From contig NC_068984.1 in the NCBI RefSeq assembly GCF_001194135.2, forward strand, positions 73,953,836-73,996,143: a DNA stretch of 42,308 bases, read 5' to 3'. The notes beneath the pieces were generated by a model that was given only the letters and a program-made list of their open reading frames with translations, was not told the origin of the DNA and did not search any database. Origin of the DNA: Octopus bimaculoides (lineage: Eukaryota). Below, one piece after another: positions 9,602 through 19,905 of this stretch. Numbering within the stretch: the stretch's first letter is position 1; each line of letters starts with the position of its first letter. Position numbers and translations under genes: made by a program.

Positions 9602-11444
9602 GGCATAACTGCAGATGTATACTCCCTCGACTTTGTTGCCTCATAACTTCCAGAAAAAGAGATACTTTTCAACGAAACTTTCAACAAATAATCGCTTAGA
9701 TTCTGTAGATTGAGTGTATGTAAAGATTTGTTGGAATTTCTTTTTCCGAGGGGCTGGGGAAAGGAGTTTGGGAAAATTCATACGACCCAAAATTTCTTCC
9801 GCATAACTTTCAGGAAAATGGGTATTTTTTAATGAAATTTTATACAAATACCTTTCAAATGGTGTAGATTACGATTACAAGGAAATCTTTAGGCGAAATT
9901 GTTTGGAAAGACATAGAGGAAGGAGTTTCTGGAAAACAGTGTTTCGGATCAGACGGCCCACATAAGTTGCAATTTCTCCGTTTTGACGGGGATTTCCCCA
10001 TTTTTTGTTCCAGCATAGTCTTCGGAATGACGAGAGGTATCGTTTTACGAAAAAAAGAAAGAGATTTTGAAAATTTATGATTTCTTTTTCACTCCTGTTA
10101 CGCCCTCACCACTACAGCCCGGACCGATTTGGGCTTTTTTCTTTTTTTTTTTTTTTTTTTTTTTTTCACTACGCATTTAAAACCCGTGAGAGAAACATTT
10201 TTGGTTTTAATAAAGTTGTTAATAATTTCAGAGCAAAATGAGTGTTATAAGGGAGATTTGGCTGTTGTTTCTAGCACATCCCAAGACCTCCTTCTGACAT
10301 CTATTGATATTTTTCAAATTTTTCTCTCTATAAACAAATTTTATGGAGTGATGATGCCAAAGTAACACATACGTAGTCCATTGCTGGAATATAAGCAAAG
10401 AAAAGAATGGTAATTTAAATTTTTCCTCGCACCCCAACCGGAGCAAGGCTGTGTATGTGTGTGTATAAGAAAAAAACATTTTCTAACAGAAAATTGTGGT
10501 ATCCAAATAAATCATCTTTCACATACCTCTTATTGAAATCACTCTGGATAAATCCCAGCAAGAATCTTCTCAGGCTCTCCAATATTTTAGAATAATTTAA
10601 ATAGGAGCAATCGGGGTCAGGGAGTGGGGCTAAAAATATCGAAAATTTTCAATTTTTTTCTTTTTTATATAGCTTATGTGTTTATGGGGAAAATATTGAA
10701 AAAACATAAATACATATTTGAATGAGAGGAAAAACAAGGTGGTGTGCTAGAAACAACAGCCAAATCTCCCTGGAATCATTTTTCCTCTGAAAAGATTAAA
10801 TTATTTTTTAACCGAAAAGGTTTCTCCCATGATTTTTAAGTGCCTAGTGAAAAAAAAAAAAAAAAAATGGCCTAAATCGGCCTCGACTGGGATGGTGAGG
10901 GGGGTGGCGGGAGTGAAAAATAATCGTAAATTTTCAAACATTTTTTTTCTTTTTTNNNNNNNNNNAATATCGAAAATTTTCAATTTTTTTCTTTTTTTTT
11001 TCATAAAAAGATGCCTCCCATCATTCCGAAGACGGTGCTGAAAAAATTGGAAAAAATCTCCGTCAAAACGGAGAAATTCCAACTTAAGTTGGCCGTCTGA
11101 TCCGAAACACCGTTTTCCAGGAACTCTTCCCCCCGCCCCTTCCAAAAAATTATACCTACAAATTTCTTTGTAATCGTAATCGACACCGTTTGAAAGGTAT
11201 TTGTATAAAATTTCATTAAAAGATACCCATTTTCCTGAAAGTTATGAGGGGAAAATGTCAGGCCCTGAGAATTTTCCAAACTCATTTCCCCAGCCCCTCG
11301 GAATATTTTTTTCCAACAAATCTTTACATGCACTTAATCTACAGAATCTAAGCAATTATTTGTTGAAAGTTTCGTTAAAAAGTATCCATTTTCTGGAAGT
11401 TATGAAGTAACAAAGTCGAGGGAGTATACGTCTGTAGTTACGCC
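9602..11444. mobile_element. Non-autonomous foldback DNA transposon, 1843 bp, very long TIRs, 8-bp TSD (Merlin-like)
   Basis: Starts ggcataactgcagatgtatactccctcgac and ends gtcgagggagtatacgtctgtagttacgcc. Perfect TSD GATTCTGG at 9594-9601 and 11445-11452. Arms align in inverted orientation for at least ~680 bp. No transposase ORF. A GG terminus with an 8-bp TSD fits the Merlin superfamily best; MULE is not excluded. Confidence 0.85.
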
Positions 11445-11601
11445 GATTCTGGATACATTTTAAATATATTCTTAGTGAGCTGAGAGAGGTGGTTCACAGA
11501 TCAGTTTTTCATGTTGTCCTAATAGACTGAGGTATCATATTCTAAATGACTGGGGTTGAATATCACCAAATAGCTGGTTGTTATTGATGCTAGCTAGCCG
11601 A

Positions 11602-11629
11602 GTTCTCTCTCTCTCACTCTCTCTCTCTT

Positions 11630-11671
<42 letters not shown>

Positions 11672-11688
11672 TCTCTCTCTCCCTCTCT
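11602..11688. repeat. (CT)n microsatellite
   Basis: Directly visible. Confidence 0.95.
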
Positions 11689-12404
11689 ACCAATCTAAAG
11701 AAGAACGCATATATAGCGATATCAAGGACGACTTTTGAACTGGTGGAAATGGATACAAGACGATATGTTGGGTCATGAAGTAAGACTCATTTTACAATGC
11801 ATCAGTTTATTCAGCTCAGAATCAGTACCAGTCTAGTGCTGGTGCAGTTCTCTCTTCCTCCAACACTCACAAAAAAGTGGGAGGGTCAAGAGTGTGCCTG
11901 TATCTGCTCGCGACTACATAGGCACCTAAAAGAATTGGCGAAAACATGGTACATACTACCAAACCATACGCATTCACGGATGACGGCTGATTGTTACGTG
12001 TCGTTCGTAGTAGGTAAATCAGCGAATGTGTTGTTTTTTTTATTAACACCATTAAAACAAAGATAGCTGAAGTGGCAGGTGAAATAGTTTCTATTTTATG
12101 GCTGTGACAGCAAGCTGTAACTGTTCATGACATTGTTTTTTGTGTCAGTGTATTGGAGGATAAAAAGGAAGAATAAAAATTTCATAAGATATTTTTTTAA
12201 AAATCTTTTCAAAGGGATCACACTAATTTCGAGTCATTTATCCTTTGTATATTTCAAGAGAATTCTCGGTCGTTTTATTTCATCCACAGTCTTTAGCTGA
12301 AGAATCGAAGGCAAGCAAAAGAGGAAATAATGCAATTTGTTGCTTTGTATAGTGTTTTACTGTCATTTTACTTTTTTTCTTTTTATGGTTTATCTTGAAT
12401 AAAA

Positions 12405-12633
12405 CTTTTCTACTCTAGGCACAGGGCCCGATTTTTTTCTTGTTTGTGCGTGTGAGGGTGGGGGCAGTCAATTAGATCAAATCCATTACGTGACTGGTAC
12501 TTAATTTATCGACTCTGAAAGAATGAAAAGCAAAGTCGACCTTGGCAGAATTTGAACTCAGAACGTAAAGACAGACGAAATACTGCTAAGCATTTCGCCC
12601 GGCGGGCTAACGTTTCTGTAGGCTCACCACATT
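12405..12633 (-). mobile_element. SINE family C, full-length copy
   Basis: Reverse complement of the family C consensus from tail (cttttctactctaggcac) to head (gtttctgtaggctcaccacatt). Confidence 0.9.
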
Positions 12634-12641
12634 AAAGAGAA

Positions 12642-12747
12642 TCTTTTTTACTCTAGGCACAATGCCCGAAATTTTGAGGAGGGGGCCAGTCAATTAGATC
12701 GACCCTAGTACACAACTGGTACTTAATTTATCGACTCTGAAAGAATG
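12642..12747 (-). mobile_element. SINE family C, second tandem copy truncated by a gap
   Basis: tttactctaggcacaatgcccgaaattttgaggagggggccagtc...ctggtacttaatttatcgactctgaaagaatg, then Ns. Confidence 0.85.
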
Positions 12748-13057
12748 NNNNNNNNNNNNNNNNNNNNNNNNNNNNNNNNNNNNNNNNNNNNNNNNNNNNN
12801 NNNNNNNNNNNNNNNNNNNNNNNNNNNNNNNNNNNNNNNNNNNNNNNNNNNNNNNNNNNNNNNNNNNNNNNNNNNNNNNNNNNNNNNNNNNNNNNNNNNN
12901 NNNNNNNNNNNNNNNNNNNNNNNNNNNNNNNNNNNNNNNNNNNNNNNNNNNNNNNNNNNNNNNNNNNNNNNNNNNNNNNNNNNNNNNNNNNNNNNNNNNN
13001 NNNNNNNNNNNNNNNNNNNNNNNNNNNNNNNNNNNNNNNNNNNNNNNNNNNNNNNNN

Positions 13058-13530
13058 GTGGTGGTGTTAGTGGTGGTGGTGGCGTTGGTGGTGGTAGTAG
13101 TGTTGGTGTTGGTGCTGTTGATGGTGGTGGTTGTGGTGAAGACTGTGTGACTTAGGCTATAGTTGGAGCGGTGATGGCATGATTGACAGCTTGTGGTAGT
13201 AGAGATGGTGGTGGTAGTGGTGGTGGTGCTGGTAATGGAAGTGTGTGGTGGTGGTGGTGGTGGTGGTGATGTAGTGGTGGTGGTAGTAGCAATGGCAGTG
13301 TGTGGTGGTGACGGTGATAGTGATGGTATGATTGACAGTTAGTAGTTGTGGCCGTACTGATGATGGCGTGGCTAGGCCTGTGGTTCTGGAACGGAGTTGC
13401 GGCGGCGGCGGCAGCGGCGGTGGGGATGAGTAAGTCGGGAGGTGGCAATGGCACGATTGACAGTGACGAGGGAGATGGTGGCGAGGGCGGGGTAGTAGTG
13501 GTAGTGTTGGTGTTAGGGTTGTAGTGGTGG
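13058..13530. repeat. Degenerate (GGT)n/(GGC)n/(GAT)n low-complexity tract
   Basis: Mosaic of G-rich trinucleotides. Confidence 0.8.
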
Positions 13531-13597
13531 TGGTAGTAAGATAATAGTGTTTGTAGTTGTGATTGGAACATTTCGAGCGTGCTTCACTGGTATCGAT

Positions 13598-13645
13598 GGA
13601 AAGTATTGTGGAAAGTATTGTGGAAAGTATTGTGGAAAGTATTGT
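13598..13645. repeat. 12-bp minisatellite (GGAAAGTATTGT)x4
   Basis: Four perfect tandem units. Confidence 0.95.
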
Positions 13646-13986
13646 GGAGAAGGCGTTGTTGATGCTACTTACTCTAAGATATTCTCTGATTGAACAAATT
13701 TATAGTAAAATTCTTTCAAACGGGTTATCTCCCACCTTTTCCCCAGATAGGGTGCATTCTGAACCAGATCGTTTTATCTGTCCTTCTTTTCGAAAATGCT
13801 AGAGTGTACTTTAAAAGAGGTTTAACTGTTATTTTTAACAAGCTGAACGAGACTACATAAGTCTTCCTCGTGGTACAAGTGCCTAGCGTCACGTGGTTGT
13901 GAGCAACGCGTGCTGGGGGTAGTTGTGAAAGTGGTAGTGGTGGTTTAAATATAGAACGTGCTGATATTGCAGTTTATCCCAGACTA

Positions 13987-14190
13987 CGAGGGGTGCTAAT
14001 ATGTTCTTGGCTTTAAGCTTGTCGTGAAAGACCTGGTTGGAAGCCCAATATTCCGAGTTCTTTTACAGGGCTTAGAAAAAGTGAAGGACCGTTGTAAAAA
14101 GTGTGTGAATATGTTGAATAGAATCATAATTAACTGATCCTCCTGTATTTTCTTTTACCCAAAAACAGGGACATTTCAGCCCCACCCTCG
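13987..14190 (+). mobile_element. Mariner-derived MITE (TIR + transposase C-terminal codons + TIR)
   Basis: TA at 13985-86 and 14191-92. TIRs approximate CGAGGGGGTGCTGAAAAGTTCCTGG. The interior translates QGLEKVKDRCKKCV...EYVE*, typical of mariner transposase C-termini. A second copy lies at 39763-39978. Confidence 0.8.
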
Positions 14191-14199
14191 TAGTTTCAG

Positions 14200-15125
14200 A
14201 TTTAGCCATTCTATAATCAAAATGTGGCCATCCCAAACCTTCAAGCCCAACATTTACCAGACCATTAATGTCTCAGCATCAAATGGATCTTCCAGTCACA
14301 ACTCTGTCGAGCAACTCCCCGTACATCCATCGACTACGCCACGCCTTACCCCGCTTCCGAAACCCTATATCACTTCAATCCAGCTAAATAATAGGAGCTC
14401 CGATAGTTATGTGCTAGCTGTCCCCGGCAGTACATAACATTTTATACTTGACTCAACAGAATCAACATGGTGCGTAAGTAAAAACCACCTTCTATGCATG
14501 TTCCTCAACATCCTACACATAAAATATTTTGCGAGTAATAAAATGAAAGCAGGGTTGTTGTCCTCCACATCAACGAACCATGTCACGCATGCGAATTATC
14601 AGTCAAAACTACCCGTCTGTATCCTTTGTTCATCGCTATTCTCTTGGACCATTATCTTCCTTTCAGATCAACTTATCGCAACATGTTCTCATATATTTCC
14701 CTTTCTCTTTTCATCCTCCTCTCTCATTTTGACCCATATTCTATCAAATCTAGTGTACCCCAGAATTCAATTTCGTCATCCATATTCTTCCTCCTATATA
14801 TCAACAGTCTAAGTTCCATCATTTCCAACAACGACCAACGTTACGTAGATGATTACAGCTTCAACATTTTTTCAATCTTTCATGTCTAAGGGTCATTGAC
14901 ATGCAATCTATACTCCCAACGCCGGATCTGCACTGACTGCATGAAGAAAGATCCCAAAATATCCACAAAAAACATCTTCCTACACAGCCTTACCAATGAT
15001 GTCAACTTCATCTGCAAAAATTTTCATCACTGCTTATTTTACGAAAATATGAATAGTACCCAAATGGAACCTTACAGATTTCTTCAAATGATAGGTCTTA
15101 CAACTACTATGAATCTCTGTTGAGG
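14200..15125 (+). pseudogene. Degenerate LINE reverse transcriptase (CR1/L2/Jockey-type)
   Basis: SIKSSVPQNSISSSIFFLLYINSL...YVDD matches SGVPQGSILSPLLFLLYINDL...YADD. Upstream HANYQSKL...LFSWTIIFLSD resembles the motif-3 region, and PLPKP..S...NNR lies near the start. Many stops and frameshifts. Confidence 0.75.
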
Positions 15126-15261
15126 GAACAACATGCATGGCCATATATTTGGGTTGAAGGGATAAGACGACTAAATCAGTCTCACTACATGACTGGTACT
15201 TCATATACGTATGGCGGGTATTGTTTGAGAGTCCGTTGAATGAGTGGCACCTGTGACACAT

Positions 15262-15385
15262 ACAGTGTCACCCCCAGTTCTATTTGGGAGTTATGTTAAG
15301 GTAACACGTGTCTGTGAAATACTCTGTCATCCTCCATTCAAAGTGTAGGTAATTTAGTTGATCGAACAACTGCCAAATCGTCGTC
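15262..15385 (+). mobile_element. Diverged central-domain fragment of SINE family A
   Basis: gtgtcacccccagttctatttgggagttatgttaaggtaacacgtgtctgtgaaatactc aligns to gtgtcacgctgaatatccctaagaactacgttaagggtacacgtgtctgtggagtgctc at ~23121-23180. Confidence 0.55.
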
Positions 15386-15418
15386 GAAATCTACGGAGAA
15401 CCTCCCTAGCTAGCAAGC

Positions 15419-15486
15419 CACCTACCTACCTACCTACCTACCTACCTACCTACCTTCCTACCTATTTGTCTGTCTATCTGTCTGTC

Positions 15487-15532
<46 letters not shown>

Positions 15533-15587
15533 CCTCTCTCTCTCTCTCTTTATATATGTATATATATTTTTATATATCTATATATAT
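15419..15587. repeat. Compound (CCTA)n/(CTGT)n/(CT)n/(TA)n microsatellite
   Basis: Directly visible. Confidence 0.9.
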
Positions 15588-15867
15588 GAAGTAGAGTGGG
15601 AGAGAGATGTTTATTTGTATGTATATTTTATGTCTTCTTACATAAAGATTTCTATATACTGGTTTCTTTAATTATCGTTTTAGTTGTGCGTAGGTTTGTA
15701 TAGAAACAGTCACAAACAAGCCCACATACGACGCATAGACAATTACGTATACCTCTGTAACTGATCAGACGTTTGAATTAAGCGTCCTTAACGTGGCGCC
15801 AGTTTGGCTTGTTGACTTGAGGACGTCAGCTGTGACAAGTGCATTCACCGTCGGACATGCACTTACT

Positions 15868-15898
15868 CACTACTGCTACTACAACAACAACAACAACA

Positions 15899-15932
<34 letters not shown>

Positions 15933-15991
15933 TTTGTTGCTGCTGCCACTGACGCTGCTGCTGCTGCTGCAGATCATGATGATGATGATGA
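15868..15991. repeat. Compound (CAA)n/(CTA)n/(CTG)n/(GAT)n tract
   Basis: Directly visible. Confidence 0.9.
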
Positions 15992-16024
15992 TTGTTTCAA
16001 ACTTAGGCATAAAGCCTGCTAGTT

Positions 16025-16140
16025 TGGGGGAGGGCTGGTCGATACCATTGATACCTTGATTGGCACTGTATTTTATCGATTTCGGAGAAATGGCGGGCAA
16101 AGTTAACCTCGGCGGAGTTCGAACTCAGACGGTAAAACGC
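16025..16140 (-). mobile_element. SINE family C, degenerate fragment
   Basis: gtattttatcgatttcggagaaatggcgggcaaagttaacctcggcggagttcgaactcagacggtaaa. Confidence 0.65.
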
Positions 16141-16641
16141 GGGAAGAACAAACGCATAGCATTTTTTTTTTTTTCGTTTTTACACTTTTTGCATTCTAAG
16201 GTTCGACCAATTCAGGTAAATACATCGAAATCGTCCATAAAAAAAGAAAAAAAAAAGAAAGAATTTATTTAAAGACGAGTTATGAGTATTTCCCCCTTAA
16301 CTTATAACCTGCTTTTCTTTTCTTAGTACCAATCATATTAGTTTAACACTGAAGATAAAATGAAAACATAGCGGTCTGAGAGTAGAAATAAGAGTCACTC
16401 AAAAATATCATATCTCTATATTTATTCAGTGACTAGGAACTTATATTATGGAACCAAATTAGTTCTCCGGTCCTTCAAGCTAGGTATTACAAATTTCATT
16501 GAATTATTTGATCCACCAAATATCTTTGTAGGTTAAAACATCAACCAAGGCAGTACCACGATACCATGATCATCTTTAAAATCTTTTCGTACAATACTTT
16601 GGTTTGTCTTCGAAAATTTAGTCCTTCATCATTATTTTTTT

Positions 16642-16880
16642 TTATCTTTAACTTTTATCTTGTTTCAGCTATGTTGGGTCACCGCTTTGAGGAACCTTTT
16701 TAGTCAAACTAATCGGTACTTATTCTATCGGTCTCTTTTGCCGAATCGCGAGTTAAGCACAACGACACTGGCTGTCAAGCGGTGGTTGAGGGGACATACA
16801 CAAACTCAAAAACTCAAAGACAGACAGACAGACAAACACATATACATATATACATACATACATGCATTCGTATATACATA
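16642..16880 (-). mobile_element. SINE family B, 3' half with internal microsatellite
   Basis: ggtacttattctatcggtctcttttgccgaatcg...acactggctgtcaagcggtggttgaggggacatacacaaac is the reverse complement of ~28590-28790. Confidence 0.7.
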
Positions 16881-16891
16881 GATATGTATGT

Positions 16892-16963
16892 GTGTGCGTG
16901 TGTGCGCGCGTGTGCGTGTGTGCGCGCGTGTGCGTGTGTGCGCGCGTGTGCGTGTGTGTGTGC
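16892..16963. repeat. 18-bp alternating purine-pyrimidine repeat (GTGTGCGTGTGTGCGCGC)x~4
   Basis: Three perfect units plus one variant. Confidence 0.9.
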
Positions 16964-16964
16964 A

Positions 16965-18000
16965 TAATAATCCTTTGTTCTTGTTTTGTACCTGCAATCC
17001 TTGTATTCTAAAGAGAGGAGGTTGGTGTTTGTTTGAGAATGGCATTTCTTAGAAAATATTCCGGAAAGAAGCTTTCAGATAAAGTTTAGACAAGTAACAG
17101 GCCCGTAATTCCTGGCGATAAGATCTTCCGTAGATTATTTTTCATGAGAAAGGGCTGTCCTTGAACGAAACAGCTTAGTAATGTATTTTGTGCAACATTC
17201 TGTCAAAATGCTTAATCACTGAATGCCATCTGACCTGGAGCCTTCCAGTTTAGTGATATTTTAAAATGCACACTAATATTCTGATCACTGATGGTAATTT
17301 GATTCATGTTTGAGTGCTTGTTCAAGCTGCATTCCAGTATCGATTTAATCAATGTTTATCTTGTAGTTCTCTTCACAAACCGCTCTAGAAGATTGTATCT
17401 TCGCTTGGGTTAGCTGAAAAATATTTAAAACCATCACTCGATATACTCAGACCAGTTAAATAAAAACAAAACAAAAAAAAGTACAATTTTGATTCCTCTC
17501 ATAGACTGTTCCATGTAAATTGTTTGAGCTTATTCACTGTTTCAGGAAAAAGTTCTAATTTTATAGATCAGAATTTTCTGACCAGCCTTTCTCAATTTTT
17601 TTCCCTTTATTCCTAACTTTTCTATGCCAACAATATCCTTCCTTCCACTTCCTCTCTCTGCCTGGCAGTCTGTCTCCTCCTCTGTTCTCTCTCTCTCTCC
17701 CTCTGTCTGCCTGACAGTCTGTCTGCCTGACAGTCTGTCTGCCTGACAGTCTGTCTGCCTGACAGTCTGTCTGCCTGACAGTCTGTCTACCTGACAGTCT
17801 GTCTGCCTGACAGTCTGTCTCCTCCTCTGTTCTCTCTCTCTCCCTCTCTCTCTCCCTCTCTCTCTCCCTCTCTCTCAGGAAAGAAAATTTCTGAAATGTC
17901 TTTTCATACCCATTCCAGGATAGAGATTCATCCAAACTTACGATCTTCAGTTTATAAATGCTCCGGGTAAACCATAAACCATAAGCCATTTCCTCTTTAT
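16965..18000 (-). pseudogene. RLE-type (R4/Dong-like) LINE, pre-RT and early RT region, degenerate
   Basis: Minus-strand translations: NWKAPG-DGI (WKAPGPDGI), ARNYGPVTCLNFI*KLLSGIFS (NYRPITCL..YKLLT.I), NLLSLEYKDCRYKTRTKDY (LLPxEQKGCR..SRGTKDQL). Interrupted by a minisatellite at 17641-17877. Confidence 0.7.
17703..17814. repeat. 16-bp minisatellite (CTGTCTGCCTGACAGT)x7 in a CT-rich tract
   Basis: Seven tandem units, one with a single substitution. Confidence 0.95.
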
Positions 18001-18009
18001 TGATTATTC

Positions 18010-18620
18010 AAAATACTATACAATATAGTAATAGAAATTTATATGAAATTATACAGAAAAAAATACATGATGCAATCAATGTTCGATTCTAAAGGTGATA
18101 TAGATAAGATATATAGAACATACTTAAATATATGAAGAAAACAGACACAACATACACAAGTATCACAAAGTAACCGCAGTTGGTCTGAAAACGTACTTAG
18201 AAGCAAGCAACGCTAGAGTGATTAATATAACGAGTCAACATCGAAAAGAAAAGAAGCACTTCTCTATAGTATAAGGAAACAATACGAAACAATATAGAAG
18301 TTAAATACATTGAATGAAAGACATTATATAATTTTCTGTGACAAAACAACAGGTGAAATAAAAAGCAAAAAAAAAAAAAAAAATCTCACAAAGGAAGAAA
18401 TTAAATAAAAGTCAACAACTACTAAAGAATAAAATGTTGAGTAAAGCATCTCTCCATGGTAAATATCCTGCAAGACTGAATATAGACAAAGTGAGCCAAT
18501 ATGAAAGCCAACAGTGGAACAAAAGCTCTATGTGAAGCCAGAAACAGACAACCTCATTTTAACTGCATAAGATCAACACCTAGCTACAAAAAAAGCTACC
18601 AAAATTTGTAATAACAAGTT
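18010..18620 (+). pseudogene. RLE-type (R4/Dong-like) LINE, post-RT region, degenerate
   Basis: QKKYMMQSMFDSKGDIDKIY (RKLLTM...HPKSDIDRLY), TAVGLKTYLE, LHGKYPARL...QQWNKSS..KPETDNLILTA*DQHL (LHGQY...WL..G.LKxETEGxIxAAQDQAL). Confidence 0.7.
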
Positions 18621-18949
18621 TATAACAGGCTCATGGCCATAAGTTTCAGGTTCTTGTGTAATCTATTAAACTGCTTCAAGAATTTGACTTGTGCGATATT
18701 TTATATGTATTTAAAGTATTAAAATTGGCGTAATGTATCTCAATGGTAAAAAAGCGTGCTTCGTATTCACCATATTTTGTTTTGATATCAACAGTCTTTT
18801 GGGTGTGTATGCTTTCACTACCGAACTCAAAGCTTTTTGAGTAAAAATGGATGAACAGAAACTGGGAAACATGTGCACTGAATATGGTATAAAAGAATAT
18901 TAACGAAAACCTGAATAAAACATATCAACGCTTACAGCAGGTTTTTAAA

Positions 18950-19292
18950 AAAAGGGTAAAGACCTCTTTGGTCATGAGAGACCATGGGATTGCACCTAGA
19001 ACGTTCTCCTCCGAGGTACACGTTCGGGCAAGGTTGTTTTATGGAAGACCAACAGTTGTCCATGCATACCAACCTCCCCGCTCCACGCCACCGATGTTAT
19101 CCAAGGGAAAGGCAAAGGCCGATACAGCTTGGTACCGGTGACGTTGCAAATCATTTCTACGGCCGAGTGAACTGGAGCAACGGGAAATAAAGTGTCTTGC
19201 ACAAAAACACAATATGCAGGCCGGTCTAGGAACCGAACTCACTACTTCAAGATTGTGAGCCCGACGCTCTCACTACTGAATCATGCGCCTTC
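18950..19292 (-). mobile_element. SINE family D (tRNA head, CORE-like domain), full-length
   Basis: Minus strand starts gaaggcgcatgattcagtagtgagagcg and contains caagacactttatttcccgttgctccagttcactcggccgtagaaatg, reminiscent of the CORE motif (GGCAAGTCACTT...CTCA.CTGTAAAATG). Homologous copy at 26071. Confidence 0.8.
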
Positions 19293-19520
19293 GTACATAA
19301 CAAATTTTATTTGTTAATTTAACAGGTAATTAACAAATGATATTTGTTATGTGCGAATTCTACTTCTTATTCAATGCACAAGAAAGCACAGTATTATGCA
19401 TAATCTACAGCATTACTTCCCAAACCTGTAACACAATTCACTACATATATTCCATCTTCCCAATCTATAGCAATTCACAGAACACATATTCTACTCAATC
19501 AATTACCAATTCTGTAACAA

Positions 19521-19666
19521 GTCGATCTAATCGACCCCAGTACGCAATTGGTACTTAATTTGTCGACCTTGAAAAGATGAAAGGCAAAGTTGACCTTGGC
19601 AGAATTTGAACTCAGAACGAAAAGACAGGCAAAATACCGCTAAACATTTCGCCCGGTGTGCTAACG
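19521..19666 (-). mobile_element. SINE family C body, head interrupted by another SINE
   Basis: Matches the family C body and stops at cccggtgtgctaacg. Confidence 0.85.
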
Positions 19667-19669
19667 TGT

Positions 19670-19905
19670 CTTATTTCTTTATTGCCCACAAGGGGCTACA
19701 AACAGAGGGGACAAACGAGGACAGACAAACAGATGAAGTCAATTATCTCGACCCCAGTGCGTAACTGGTACTTATTTAATCGACCCCAAAGGAATAAAAG
19801 GCAAAGTCGATCTCGGCGGAATTTGAATTCAGAACGTAGCGGTAGACGAAATGCTGCTAGGCTTTTTGCCCGGCGTGCTAACGTTTCTGCCAGCTCGCCG
19901 CCTTA
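19670..19905 (-). mobile_element. SINE family C variant with an alternative 3' tail
   Basis: Family C head and body (aaggcggcgagctggcagaaacgttagcacgcc) but tail gtttgtctgtcctcgtttgtcccctctgtttgtagccccttgtgggcaataaagaaata instead of gcctagagtagaaaag. Confidence 0.88.

Noticed and set aside
10966-11000. Extra copy of aatatcgaaaattttcaatttttttc also present at ~10636
   Set aside because: It lies immediately after a 10-N gap and has no counterpart in the left arm, so it may be an assembly join artefact.
13598-13645. Short regular repeats (also 17703-17814 and 29415-29476) as CRISPR-like arrays
   Set aside because: Units are directly tandem with no unique spacers, the context is eukaryotic and there are no cas genes.
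13720-13860. Recurring motif like gagatttggctgctatttctagc (also ~7540, 10252, 30190, 32350)
   Set aside because: Probably the end of another dispersed repeat, but the copies are too short and diverged to define boundaries.
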